A stretch of 46,263 bases of DNA from an uncultured Gammaproteobacteria bacterium (GTDB taxonomy: Bacteria > Patescibacteriota > Patescibacteriia > SG8-24). The notes under the pieces were generated by a model, which saw only the letters and a list, made by a program, of their open reading frames with translations, was not told the DNA's origin and did not search any database. The position numbers and the translations under genes were made by a program. Location: positions 1 through 46,263 of the forward strand of contig CAZAPV010000001.1 of assembly GCA_964487195.1 (NCBI GenBank). The letters run 5' to 3'. Within the stretch, counting starts at the first letter, position 1, and each line of letters begins with the position of its first letter. Of the stretch, positions 34,436-42,926 are shown one piece after another.

Positions 34436-35431
34436 ATGATTCGTGGTGAACAAATGAGCGGGCCGGAGATGCGGGAGATGAAACCTGCCGCGGTGAGCGC
34501 GTCAATCGAATCGCGCGCTTCTTCCGAACATCCGGACCGGAACGAAGACGCGGCGCTCGGCGACGTCTCGCGCATCGATCACGAACGCGCGACGCCGCCG
34601 GCATTGGACACGAAGGATCCGAACGCCGACCTCGCCGCGATTCGCGAGGCAGGTGGAAAAGAAGCCGCGGCCGCCGAAGCATTGCGGGAACGCAACGTCT
34701 ACGGTTTGTTCGACGGCGTCTCCGGCCGCGAGGGCAGGGGTTACGGCATCATCGGAAGCCGCATCGCCGCCGGCGCGATCGCGGAAACGATGGCGGCGAT
34801 CCCTCCGGACGCCGACGCCGAACAGAGCAGGCAATGGATCGAACGAGCGTTCGAAGCGGCGACCGGCGCAGTGATGGAGTATCAGCGCAGCCGCGCCGAC
34901 CTGGAGGAAATAGCGACGACCGCCGATATCGTCCGCATGGTCGATAACGGCGACGGGACGTTCGATGTCGCCTACGGTCATGCCGGCGACAGCCGCATCT
35001 ACGTTTTCGACGGCGAAACCAAAAAGCTGCGCGCGGAAACGATTGACGACAGCATGGCCGGTGAAGATTTCCGAAAGGGAAACATCACGCGGGAGAGATA
35101 CGATCAGATCGTCAACGCCAAAAGCGTAAACGACGTGCTCCCCAAGGACAGAATCCTGTTCCAGAATCGCAATGTCGTCTACAAAATGATCGGGCTGGAA
35201 AAGAACGAGAAACCGACGACCGGCGTCTTCCGCGTGAAGAAGGGCGACAAAATTTTGATGACCTCGGACGGCGTCCACGACAACTTGACCGATGAACAGA
35301 TCGAGGAGATCCTCGCGAGCGGCGGCGACATCCAAGAACTGATTTTCGCCGCGGGCAGGGTTGCCGAAGGCGACACGGATCGCGCCAAGCCGGACGACAT
35401 CACCGGCGCGCTCGTCGAATTGGGCCGCTGA
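34436..35431 (+). CDS. PP2C-family Ser/Thr protein phosphatase
   Basis: YGLFDGVSGREGRG, GHAGDSRIYVF, ILMTSDGVHDNLTD. Start chosen from promoter geometry; the track ORF begins at 34394. Confidence 0.8.
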   Translation: MIRGEQMSGPEMREMKPAAVSASIESRASSEHPDRNEDAALGDVSRIDHERATPPALDTKDPNADLAAIREAGGKEAAAAEALRERNVYGLFDGVSGREGRGYGIIGSRIAAGAIAETMAAIPPDADAEQSRQWIERAFEAATGAVMEYQRSRADLEEIATTADIVRMVDNGDGTFDVAYGHAGDSRIYVFDGETKKLRAETIDDSMAGEDFRKGNITRERYDQIVNAKSVNDVLPKDRILFQNRNVVYKMIGLEKNEKPTTGVFRVKKGDKILMTSDGVHDNLTDEQIEEILASGGDIQELIFAAGRVAEGDTDRAKPDDITGALVELGR

Positions 35432-36862
35432 TCAGGCGGTGACGCCGTTCGCCGCTTCGGCATCCAGCCAGTCTTTCAGATAGCGCGTGGCGACGACATC
35501 GTCCTTATTGTACTCGATGATCGCCGCCATTTTTTTCTTGTCCTTCTTGCCGAGCCAATCTTCGTAGAACGCGATCGATTCGCCACCGCCGCGGATTTTT
35601 TTCGACCGTTTGAAACCGATGTACCCGCCGATGTCCTTGATGCCGTAAAAGTACAGCGGGAACACAATCGCCTCCTTGACGATCTCGTTCAGGTCGATCA
35701 TGCGATCGCGGAAACGCGGGAGCGCCGGCGAACCGCCGTGGCGCGCTTCGAGCATCGTGAGGCGCGCTTTTTCGTACGTGCCGTAGTGATAAACGACGTA
35801 GTCGTCCGGCAGCCGTAGGGTCCATTCCAGGAACTCCTTCCACATCGCGCCTTCCTGTTCCGGTTTCTCGGCAAGCTGGTACTCGTACCGTTCGTTGCCG
35901 TTCTCGCGCACCAGGAAACCGAACAAGTATTCGATCTGGCGGAGCGGATCCCCTTCGATGTCGAAAAAGATTTCCGTCGCGGCGCGAGGGAGTTCGATCT
36001 CCTCGCGGATGAAATGCCGCTTTTCGATCAGCGCGCGCGCCTGCACGACGATCCGTTCGAGCAGATGCCGCGTGAGCGCCGTGGACGATCCGGCGAGCAG
36101 CTCGACGTTCATCTTCATCGCGTCTTCGATCGTGCGGACGCGCGCCTCGCGCAGCGCGAGCACTGCCTTCTTCTTCACGTTGTACAAGAGCGCGATATCG
36201 TCGGTCTTTTTCGCGAGCGCGATGCACTCCTTGAACCACGGCGACTGCTTGCATCCGGACGACACGTGCGGCGGCGGCTCCACGCCAGCGAACGCCTGTT
36301 CGACCTCGCCCGCCGCCTTGTGGAACTGCTGCTCGAACTCATGCAGCGGGAAACCGAGCAGCACGCCCGAGACGTTCAGGATGTACCCCTCTTCCGGACG
36401 GACGCCCTGGATCTCCTTCAGCAGTTCGCCGTAGCAGACGAGCTGGTACTTGTGCGCATCGCTGATCCGCTCGGAGCTTTTGATATCGATCGCGACGTAA
36501 TAATAATTCCCGAATGCGGACGATTTGTCGGTGCGCTTCTCCAAAATGTCCGGGATGCCGATGAACCGGTCGGTCATGAGCACGCCGTGGTAAATGCGCG
36601 GCGCGCCTTCGCGCATCAGTTCGAGCGTCGTCTTGAACGCGGATTCCCCGCGCCCCTTCACCTCGACGAACTTCTCCCCGGCGATCACCTGCTTTTCGTG
36701 CAGCGTCCCCATCTCGAGCAGCATCTCGGAAAAACGGGAGAGTTTCGCTTTCTTTTTCAGGTCGCCGTACGCGTCGAAATACAGCCAGTGCGGGCAGGAG
36801 TCGTATTTGTAGAACATCGTGGCGGCGATCCTTTCCGGGACGCGGCCTTTTTTCTTCAGCAT
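35432..36862 (-). CDS. TM0106-family RecB-like nuclease (Cas4-like PD-(D/E)xK domain + RNase H-like exonuclease domain)
   Basis: N-terminal YDSCPHWLYFD, core VAIDIKSS...YQLVCYGELL, Cys pair SSGCKQSPWFKEC. C-terminal FFDIEGDP, VYHYGTYEKARL, YNKDDVVATRYL. Confidence 0.75.
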   Translation of the reverse strand: MLKKKGRVPERIAATMFYKYDSCPHWLYFDAYGDLKKKAKLSRFSEMLLEMGTLHEKQVIAGEKFVEVKGRGESAFKTTLELMREGAPRIYHGVLMTDRFIGIPDILEKRTDKSSAFGNYYYVAIDIKSSERISDAHKYQLVCYGELLKEIQGVRPEEGYILNVSGVLLGFPLHEFEQQFHKAAGEVEQAFAGVEPPPHVSSGCKQSPWFKECIALAKKTDDIALLYNVKKKAVLALREARVRTIEDAMKMNVELLAGSSTALTRHLLERIVVQARALIEKRHFIREEIELPRAATEIFFDIEGDPLRQIEYLFGFLVRENGNERYEYQLAEKPEQEGAMWKEFLEWTLRLPDDYVVYHYGTYEKARLTMLEARHGGSPALPRFRDRMIDLNEIVKEAIVFPLYFYGIKDIGGYIGFKRSKKIRGGGESIAFYEDWLGKKDKKKMAAIIEYNKDDVVATRYLKDWLDAEAANGVTA

Positions 36863-36943
36863 ACGTGCTCTTGGTAGCGCGCTCCGGCGCTCCGGTCAAG
36901 GAAGTATGCCAATCTTTCTCGCGCATTTCAAACCGGATCACCG

Positions 36944-36972
36944 TTGACGCGGGGCGATTTTTCGTCTATCGT
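36944..36972 (+). promoter_or_regulatory. Sigma70-like promoter of dus (near-leaderless)
   Basis: TTGACG (36944-36949), 17-nt spacer, TATCGT (36967-36972). ATG 36982 lies 9 nt downstream. Confidence 0.5.
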
Positions 36973-36981
36973 TAGCCGGAT

Positions 36982-37956
36982 ATGTTCAGGTGGGCCGACA
37001 TGGAAAAACCGATCGTGGCGCTCTCGCCGATGGCTGACATGACCGATTCGGCGTTTTGCCGCATCGCGAAGCGGTTTCACGCGCCGGTGGTGTTCCGCGA
37101 AATGATCAGCGCCGAGGGGCTGGTGCACGGGAGCGCCAAGTCGTTCGAGATGGGCCGTTTCGAATCCGAAGAACGGCCGATCATCCAGCAGCTGTTCGGC
37201 GCGGATCCGAAATCGATGGCAGAGGCGGTGCGGATGATCGACGAGGCGTACTCGCCGGACGGGTTCGACGTGAACATGGGGTGCCCTGTCTACAAGATCG
37301 TTTCCAATTTCAACGGCGCGGCGCTGATGCGCGAGCCGAAACTGGCGACCGACATCATCGAGGCGATGCGCGCCGCGACGGCGAAGCCGGTGTCGGTGAA
37401 GCTGCGGCTCGGCTGGTCGGATCCGACCGAGGTGCTGGAGTTCATCAAAGTGGTGGAAGCTGCGGGCGCGGCGCTCGTCACGATCCACGGCCGCACCAAA
37501 GCGCAGGGGTACAGCGGCGTCGCGGATTGGGAGATGATCGGCCGCGCGAAACAAAACGTCTCCATTCCGGTGCTGTGCAACGGCGACATCCATTCGCCCG
37601 ACGCGTCGATCCGCGCGCTCAAAATTTCCGGCTGCGACGGGATCCTGATCGCCCGCGGCGCGCTCGGCAATCCGTGGATCTTCGGCCAGATCGCATCCGC
37701 GATCCGCGGCGAGTCCTGGCAGCCGCCGACGCTCGCCGAGCGCATCGCCGTCGTCGCCGACCACGCGCGCCTGCACGCGGCGCAGTACGGCGATCTCGTC
37801 TCGTTTCGCAAACATCTCGTCTGGTACTTCAAAGGCGTGCACGGCGCGAAAGAATACCGCGACCGGCTCGTCCGCGTCTCTACCGTCGCCGACCTCGACG
37901 CGGTGCTGGCGGATTATAAAACGACGACGTTTGACGCCGGCCGGGTACGATGCTAG
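36982..37956 (+). CDS. dus: tRNA-dihydrouridine synthase
   Basis: LSPMADMTDSAFCRIA, IQQLFGADP, GFDVNMGCP (catalytic Cys), VSVKLRLGW, TIHGRT. Confidence 0.9.
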   Translation: MFRWADMEKPIVALSPMADMTDSAFCRIAKRFHAPVVFREMISAEGLVHGSAKSFEMGRFESEERPIIQQLFGADPKSMAEAVRMIDEAYSPDGFDVNMGCPVYKIVSNFNGAALMREPKLATDIIEAMRAATAKPVSVKLRLGWSDPTEVLEFIKVVEAAGAALVTIHGRTKAQGYSGVADWEMIGRAKQNVSIPVLCNGDIHSPDASIRALKISGCDGILIARGALGNPWIFGQIASAIRGESWQPPTLAERIAVVADHARLHAAQYGDLVSFRKHLVWYFKGVHGAKEYRDRLVRVSTVADLDAVLADYKTTTFDAGRVRC

Positions 37957-37991
37957 ATTGGCCGCAGCTCTTTTGATGAGAAGGAGGAGCG

Positions 37992-38549
37992 ATGAAACTG
38001 GATGTTCCCGCGAAAGTGCGGTATGCGATCAAGGACGCGGATATGCGCCGGTTCGCCGAAACGACCCGGAAGATCCGCGCGAGGGAAAAGGAGGATCGCC
38101 GTCTTGGCAAGATCGCCGATCTCCGTAACCGACGCCGCATCGAGCTGACGGAGTGCGCCATGTTCGTCTTCGAATGGCGCAATGCGTTCACGAGCACGGA
38201 GGAGTATCGGCGGATCTGCGAGCTGATCGGCGATCAAACTCGGCTCCCGATCTACGGCGCGCGATTCTGGAAAGGCGAGCCGACCGACGACCGACACGCG
38301 TGGGCGACGCTTTCGTTCGAGGAATGGACGGCCGGCGCGCCCGGCTTCCCTCCGTTGCACTACGAAGAACGCTACAACGCGGCGCAAGGATCGCATCTCG
38401 CGGTCGACGCGCGCATCATCGAGTCGTACAAACTCACCGACACGGTGCATCCCGACTTCCTCGCCGGCCTGGCAGCACATCTGCGCGGGCCGGATCCGTG
38501 GAAGTACGTCATCCAGACGATCGAGCGGCTGAATCCGCAACCGACGTAA
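37992..38549 (+). CDS. Hypothetical protein, no recognisable domain
   Basis: 185 aa. AAGGAGGA at 37981-37988 precedes the ATG. Followed by a strong terminator. Codon usage matches its neighbours. Confidence 0.65.
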   Translation: MKLDVPAKVRYAIKDADMRRFAETTRKIRAREKEDRRLGKIADLRNRRRIELTECAMFVFEWRNAFTSTEEYRRICELIGDQTRLPIYGARFWKGEPTDDRHAWATLSFEEWTAGAPGFPPLHYEERYNAAQGSHLAVDARIIESYKLTDTVHPDFLAGLAAHLRGPDPWKYVIQTIERLNPQPT

Positions 38550-38552
38550 CGC

Positions 38553-38580
38553 AAAGAGGGCCGAGCCGGCCCTCTTTTTT
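38553..38580. terminator. Bidirectional Rho-independent terminator
   Basis: AAA-GAGGGCCG, loop AGC, CGGCCCTC-TTTTTT, between convergent genes. Confidence 0.8.
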
Positions 38581-38588
38581 CATCGACG

Positions 38589-39041
38589 TTATTTCAGATC
38601 GCCGCACGCCGCGAACGCCTGCGCCGTGGTGAGCACCGCGCTGCCCTGCACGCGCATCGAGTAGCTGATCGCGCCGGGCGTGAACAGGTCGTCGAACTTC
38701 GCGCCGAGCGTCGTATCGGCCTTGCCGTCGATCACCGATGGGAGCGCCCACTTGGTGTCGCCCGCCGCGGTGGCGCAATCGCCGAGCACGATCGCCGTCG
38801 GCTGCGCGATCCCTTTCGGCGCGCCGGTCATCCGGACCGATACGCTCGTGTTTTTCCCGTACTCCGTGAACACCGCGGTGCCGGATTCGCCCGAATGTCC
38901 GACCGCCACGAGCGTGACGGTGCGCTGACGGCCCGCCGTCGAGGACGACGTCTCCGATCCGGGCGCGTTCTGGGACGACCCCGGACAGCCGGCGCCGACG
39001 ATCACGAGCGCAGCCGCGAGCGCTAAAATTTTCTTATACAT
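38589..39041 (-). CDS. Putative lipoprotein, hypothetical
   Basis: MYKKILALAAALVIVGAGC is a lipobox-like signal. ATG at 39041 (the track ORF starts at TTG 39047). Confidence 0.65.
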   Translation of the reverse strand: MYKKILALAAALVIVGAGCPGSSQNAPGSETSSSTAGRQRTVTLVAVGHSGESGTAVFTEYGKNTSVSVRMTGAPKGIAQPTAIVLGDCATAAGDTKWALPSVIDGKADTTLGAKFDDLFTPGAISYSMRVQGSAVLTTAQAFAACGDLK

Positions 39042-39062
39042 AGTCAAAAAAAATAAACCTGT

Positions 39063-39086
39063 GAATAATTATTCTTTATTATAGCA
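39063..39086 (-). promoter_or_regulatory. Extended -10 promoter (TGcTATAAT) followed by a perfect 12-bp palindrome GAATAATTATTC
   Basis: Minus strand TGC-TATAAT (39086-39078). Palindrome at 39074-39063 covers the predicted TSS. AT-rich 44-bp gap between the MFS stop and the lipoprotein start. Confidence 0.5.
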
Positions 39087-39091
39087 AAAAA

Positions 39092-40279
39092 TCAGGCTTG
39101 GCGCAACGGCATCTCTTTTTTGGATCGCATCATGAAAAGGAACATCAGGCCGCCGACGAGAGAACCTGCTGCGGCGACGCGGAATGCGGCTGCGGGCGAG
39201 AATGAGTCCCAGAGATGCCCGAGCGCGTAGCCGCCGGTGATCAGTGCGACGCCGGTGAGCGTATAAAAAACGGCGTAGGCGCTCCCACGCGATTCCTGCG
39301 GCACGAGGTCGGCGATCAGCGCGCGGCCCGACCCTTCGGTCATCGCGAAAAAAAGTCCGTACAGCGCGAACAGCGCGAGCGCCGGCGCGAGCGCGGCGAC
39401 CGATGAAAACCCCCATTCGACGAACGCGAGCACGAACCATCCGCCGACGATGAACGGCATTTTGCCGACGCGGTCGCTCCAGATGCCGATCGGATACGAG
39501 AACAGCGCGTAGATCAGCGTGAAGCCAGCGAACACGACAGGGATCCAGCCCTTCGGCACGCCGAGCGTCGCGGCGCGCACCAAAAAAAGGGAGTCATTGA
39601 TTTTGGTGAGCATCGCGACGGTGGAGCCGATGACGAACATCCAGAACTGCCATGGCAGCGGCTTGTATACCGTCACCATCTTTGGCACCGCAGGGGCAGG
39701 TTCGCGGACGCCGAACCAGATCAGCGCGAGCGCGATCGCGCCGGGGATCGCGGAGAGCAGGAAGATCAAACGATACGTATGGAGCGATGGCGTGAGCGCG
39801 AGGAGCAGCGCGCCGGCGGTGAGCGGACCGAACACCGAACCGGCGGTATCGATCAACCGGTGAAAACCGAACGCGCGGCCGCGTCCGCCCGCCGCGGCGG
39901 AATCGGCGACGAGCGCGTCGCGCGGCGCGTCCTTCGTCCCCTTCCCGACGCCATCGAGCAGGCGCAGCGTCGCAATCGATCCGAACGAACCCGCGAGCGC
40001 GAGCAGCGGACGCGTCACGGACGAGAAGGCGTAGCCGATAAACACCAAGCCCTTCCGGTGGCGGATGTGGTCGGAAAGGATGCCGGAGACGAACCGGAAA
40101 ATGTTCGTCGCGCCCTGGAGCAAACCGTCCGCAAGACCGATCCCCGCCGTACTCACGCCGAGCGCCGCGAGATACGCCGGCAGCGCGGGCGTGATCAAGT
40201 CCTGTCCGAATCCCGACGCGAGCGCGACGAACGCGACGATCACGACGTTCCTCGGCAATTTCGACGGCCGGTTATTCAT
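39092..40279 (-). CDS. MFS transporter
   Basis: 395 aa, about 12 TMs. Loop motifs GILSDHIRHRKG and GIWSDRVGKMP (MFS motif A-like). Confidence 0.85.
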   Translation of the reverse strand: MNNRPSKLPRNVVIVAFVALASGFGQDLITPALPAYLAALGVSTAGIGLADGLLQGATNIFRFVSGILSDHIRHRKGLVFIGYAFSSVTRPLLALAGSFGSIATLRLLDGVGKGTKDAPRDALVADSAAAGGRGRAFGFHRLIDTAGSVFGPLTAGALLLALTPSLHTYRLIFLLSAIPGAIALALIWFGVREPAPAVPKMVTVYKPLPWQFWMFVIGSTVAMLTKINDSLFLVRAATLGVPKGWIPVVFAGFTLIYALFSYPIGIWSDRVGKMPFIVGGWFVLAFVEWGFSSVAALAPALALFALYGLFFAMTEGSGRALIADLVPQESRGSAYAVFYTLTGVALITGGYALGHLWDSFSPAAAFRVAAAGSLVGGLMFLFMMRSKKEMPLRQA

Positions 40280-40892
40280 GAGAAGGTTTTGACGATTTCT
40301 TTTTCGCGCGTTTGAATTTGATCGGCAAAAAAACCTCTACGTCGGATTTCGTATAGCCACGATCCTTGAAAAATTTGAGCACGGTCATCGTCTTCCCTTC
40401 CTCCGACGTCAGCAGATCGACGACCTCCTCAACGTGATCGCTGAATTGATCGTCCAGTGCGAGCCAAAAATCCGCGTCTTGATCCAAATCCATCATGTCG
40501 AACAACTCCGGGAACGTCGTCTCCGAAGAAATGCTGAATCGTTTCGGTTCCTCCTTTGATCGCTGCTCCTCTTCTTCCTCGAGCGCCTTCGCCCGTTCGA
40601 CAAGAATTTTTCCGTGCGCTTGCGTCGCGCGTTCAATAAATCCCGCGCGCTCTTCCTCGCTCCCCAAGTTCAGTTTATTCATGAAAACCCTGACGAAATA
40701 GGCATCTCCCCATTCGACCCCCTTTTCGACGAGCGAATACGCGTATTTGTCCAATTCATCCTGTGGGACGCCCATCGCCTTCCCCTGATCGATCACTGAA
40801 AACACTCCTTCGACTTTCGTTTTCATCGTTTCCCACTTCTCCTTATCGTATTCCCGGCTCTCCGGCGGCTGTCGATTTTCCGGATTTGTCAT
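40272..40892 (-). CDS. Acidic cytoplasmic hypothetical protein
   Basis: 206 aa, E/D/K-rich with a basic C-terminal tail (KFKRAKKKSSKPSHE). 8-nt overlap with the MFS start (ATGAATAA). Confidence 0.6.
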   Translation of the reverse strand: MTNPENRQPPESREYDKEKWETMKTKVEGVFSVIDQGKAMGVPQDELDKYAYSLVEKGVEWGDAYFVRVFMNKLNLGSEEERAGFIERATQAHGKILVERAKALEEEEEQRSKEEPKRFSISSETTFPELFDMMDLDQDADFWLALDDQFSDHVEEVVDLLTSEEGKTMTVLKFFKDRGYTKSDVEVFLPIKFKRAKKKSSKPSHE

Positions 40893-40898
40893 ACAGGT

Positions 40899-41531
40899 CT
40901 ATCTTTTCAAGATTCTTCCCTTTTTAAAATGCAGATACACGATGATGCTCGTGAGCGCGGCGAAGAAGCACCAGACCGAAAACAGCGTCGCGCTGTATAA
41001 GCGGTACGACAGCAGGAACGACGCGAACAGCGCGGTGCCGAACAGCTTCACCATCCTGTGGCTGGAAAACAGGCAGCTCATGCAGGTCGCCGCAATGTAC
41101 AGCGCAATCGTCGCGAGCGGATAGGCGTGCGAGGAGGTGTACGCGATGCTGTGCGCCGTGAGCGTCGCGGTGATCGGGGATGTCACGGTGAAATACAGCA
41201 CGTACGATCCGACGCCGAGCCCGACGAGAAAAAATCCGCCGAGGATTTTCTTGCGGGACGGATCAGGTTCGAGCAGCATGATCGCGAGCGGGATCCAGAT
41301 CGGCCAGAGCACCTGCGAAAAGATCGCGTACGCGAACGTCGCCGACGCCTGCACCGCGGGCGCGCCGAACGAGAGCCAGATGATCCCCTCGATCAGCTGC
41401 TGGATGCCGAACAGGAGCGGGATCGCGGCGAACGGCAGTTCGGATCGCTTCTTCGCTTTCGCGAGCGTCGCGCCGCCGATCGCGGTGAGCGCGCCCCCCG
41501 CGGCGAAACTCGCCGTCGCGGAAAAACACAT
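40899..41531 (-). CDS. Polytopic membrane protein (possibly DUF6629-like)
   Basis: ATG 41531 (the track ORF starts at TTG 41552). MCFSATASFAAGGALTAIG..., about 6 TMs. The family name is recalled from memory, not verified. Confidence 0.6.
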   Translation of the reverse strand: MCFSATASFAAGGALTAIGGATLAKAKKRSELPFAAIPLLFGIQQLIEGIIWLSFGAPAVQASATFAYAIFSQVLWPIWIPLAIMLLEPDPSRKKILGGFFLVGLGVGSYVLYFTVTSPITATLTAHSIAYTSSHAYPLATIALYIAATCMSCLFSSHRMVKLFGTALFASFLLSYRLYSATLFSVWCFFAALTSIIVYLHFKKGRILKR

Positions 41532-41540
41532 AGGTATATA

Positions 41541-41549
41541 AGTATAGCA
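41541..41549 (-). promoter_or_regulatory. Extended -10 element TGcTATACT, near-leaderless for the membrane-protein/MFS operon
   Basis: Minus strand TGC-TATACT (41549-41541). ATG 41531 lies 9 nt downstream. No good -35. Confidence 0.4.
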
Positions 41550-41550
41550 C

Positions 41551-41587
41551 AAAAGAAAAATCCCCTTCGCACGAGGCTACGGGGGAT
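41551..41587 (-). terminator. Rho-independent terminator after the HExxH-protein gene
   Basis: Minus strand AUCCCC, about 15-nt loop, GGGGAU, then UUUUCUUUU. Overlaps the stop codon at 41587-41589. Confidence 0.6.
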
Positions 41588-42243
41588 CAGCAAGGGAAAT
41601 GAACGTGGCGGACGCGTCGGCGGAGCAATCGCAGGGCGCGGCGCGACTCGATCCGGAAACCGAAATGGCGGGCGAAGACGGCGCGGACCGCGCGCTGGGC
41701 GGGCTCAAGCCCCTTCAGCCGCCAATCCTGGCACAGTCCGGTTGCGAGGTACGCATTCGACTCGTCGTCGAAGACAGCGCGATTATAGCCGTCCTTTTTG
41801 AGCTTGCGATGCAGCTTCCCGAGAGGAAAGCCGCGCAGCGTCCGGATGACGTCGTCACGATACGCCGGGAACAGGCCGTACAGGGCGTGCGTCATTTCAT
41901 GCGCGAACACGTTCTTCTCATCTCCCGCCTTCATGGCGATGACGTAGAACGGCTTCGACAGATGACGGACCTGATCGATCAGCCAGCGCTCTTTGCGCGT
42001 CAGCCACGCGAAGTCGCCGCACAGGAACGGACTGAAGGCGCTGGCCGGAAGGTTGAACCCGGCCCAGTCCTCGTAATAACTGAATCTGCCCTTTTTTTTC
42101 GCGTACCAATCCTCGAATTGCTCGCGCGTGAACGTGCGGCCGCGGAACTCCGGCGATTCGTAATGTTCCTGGAACCGCATGAACGTCGACGCCACCAGAT
42201 ACTGGCTCGGGAACGTCACGAGCAGGATGTTCCATGGGGTCAT
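41587..42243 (-). CDS. Hypothetical cytoplasmic protein with an HExxH motif
   Basis: AAGGAG (42254-42249) lies 5 nt before ATG 42243. Motif VFAHEMTHALYG. No signal peptide or TM. Last gene of the sortase operon. Confidence 0.65.
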   Translation of the reverse strand: MTPWNILLVTFPSQYLVASTFMRFQEHYESPEFRGRTFTREQFEDWYAKKKGRFSYYEDWAGFNLPASAFSPFLCGDFAWLTRKERWLIDQVRHLSKPFYVIAMKAGDEKNVFAHEMTHALYGLFPAYRDDVIRTLRGFPLGKLHRKLKKDGYNRAVFDDESNAYLATGLCQDWRLKGLEPAQRAVRAVFARHFGFRIESRRALRLLRRRVRHVHFPC

Positions 42244-42323
42244 GACGGCTCCTTTTTGAAAGACCTGCCCCGACCTTACTGCACTCCTGAAAAATTGCAA
42301 CCCCGCCGCCGAACAAGCAATTC

Positions 42324-42911
42324 TTATTCCATCTCCCTATCGGCAAACACTACTAACCGCTTGGAATACTGTTTGTCCCGTTTATCCCACACTCCGTCGC
42401 AGGTGATCAGGTTCAGATGAGCCTTGCCGTCATGCGAGCTGAAAACTTCGGTCGCATCCGCCGCCGCGTCATACGTCCGGATTTCACGAACTACGAAGGA
42501 AATCGACGCTCCTACGTCATCCTGCACGACGATCGTGTCGCCCGTCTTTACGTCGTGCAAATGCTCAAACGCTCCAGTCGCGCCATAAAACCAATTCACG
42601 TGTCCGGCGATGACGGCGCTCCCCGTTTCTCCCGGACGGGGGCCTAACGAAAACCACGCGGCGTTGAGGGGGTCCTTGGGCACGCCCATCGATTTATCAG
42701 CCGCCAAACCGACCTTCTCGATCGCCGCGTCCACGGCAATGCCGGGGATCCTGATGCGTGCGGGCGCGCCGATTCTCGCCCACGCGGCAGGAACCGGCGG
42801 CACTCCGGCGTTTGCCTGCACGGCAGGGGCACGTACATCATATGCGAGGACGCCGCACCAAATCAGGACATCGAGCGCCGCTATGACGATCACGAATGTC
42901 TTCCTGGACAT
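42324..42911 (-). CDS. Sortase (transpeptidase, class E/F-like)
   Basis: From ATG 42911 (GGAGG 4 nt upstream): N-terminal TM, catalytic His (VIAGHVN), TLxTC-type LNLITCDG, Arg (KRLVVFA). Confidence 0.85.
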   Translation of the reverse strand: MSRKTFVIVIAALDVLIWCGVLAYDVRAPAVQANAGVPPVPAAWARIGAPARIRIPGIAVDAAIEKVGLAADKSMGVPKDPLNAAWFSLGPRPGETGSAVIAGHVNWFYGATGAFEHLHDVKTGDTIVVQDDVGASISFVVREIRTYDAAADATEVFSSHDGKAHLNLITCDGVWDKRDKQYSKRLVVFADREME

Positions 42912-42926
42912 AGACCCTCCAACAGA

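Noticed and set aside
40272-40892. Low-GC gene considered as a horizontally acquired islet
   Set aside because: The lower GC is largely explained by its Lys/Glu/Asp/Phe-rich composition. The gene overlaps the MFS start by 8 nt and is embedded in an operon, which argues against a recent insertion.
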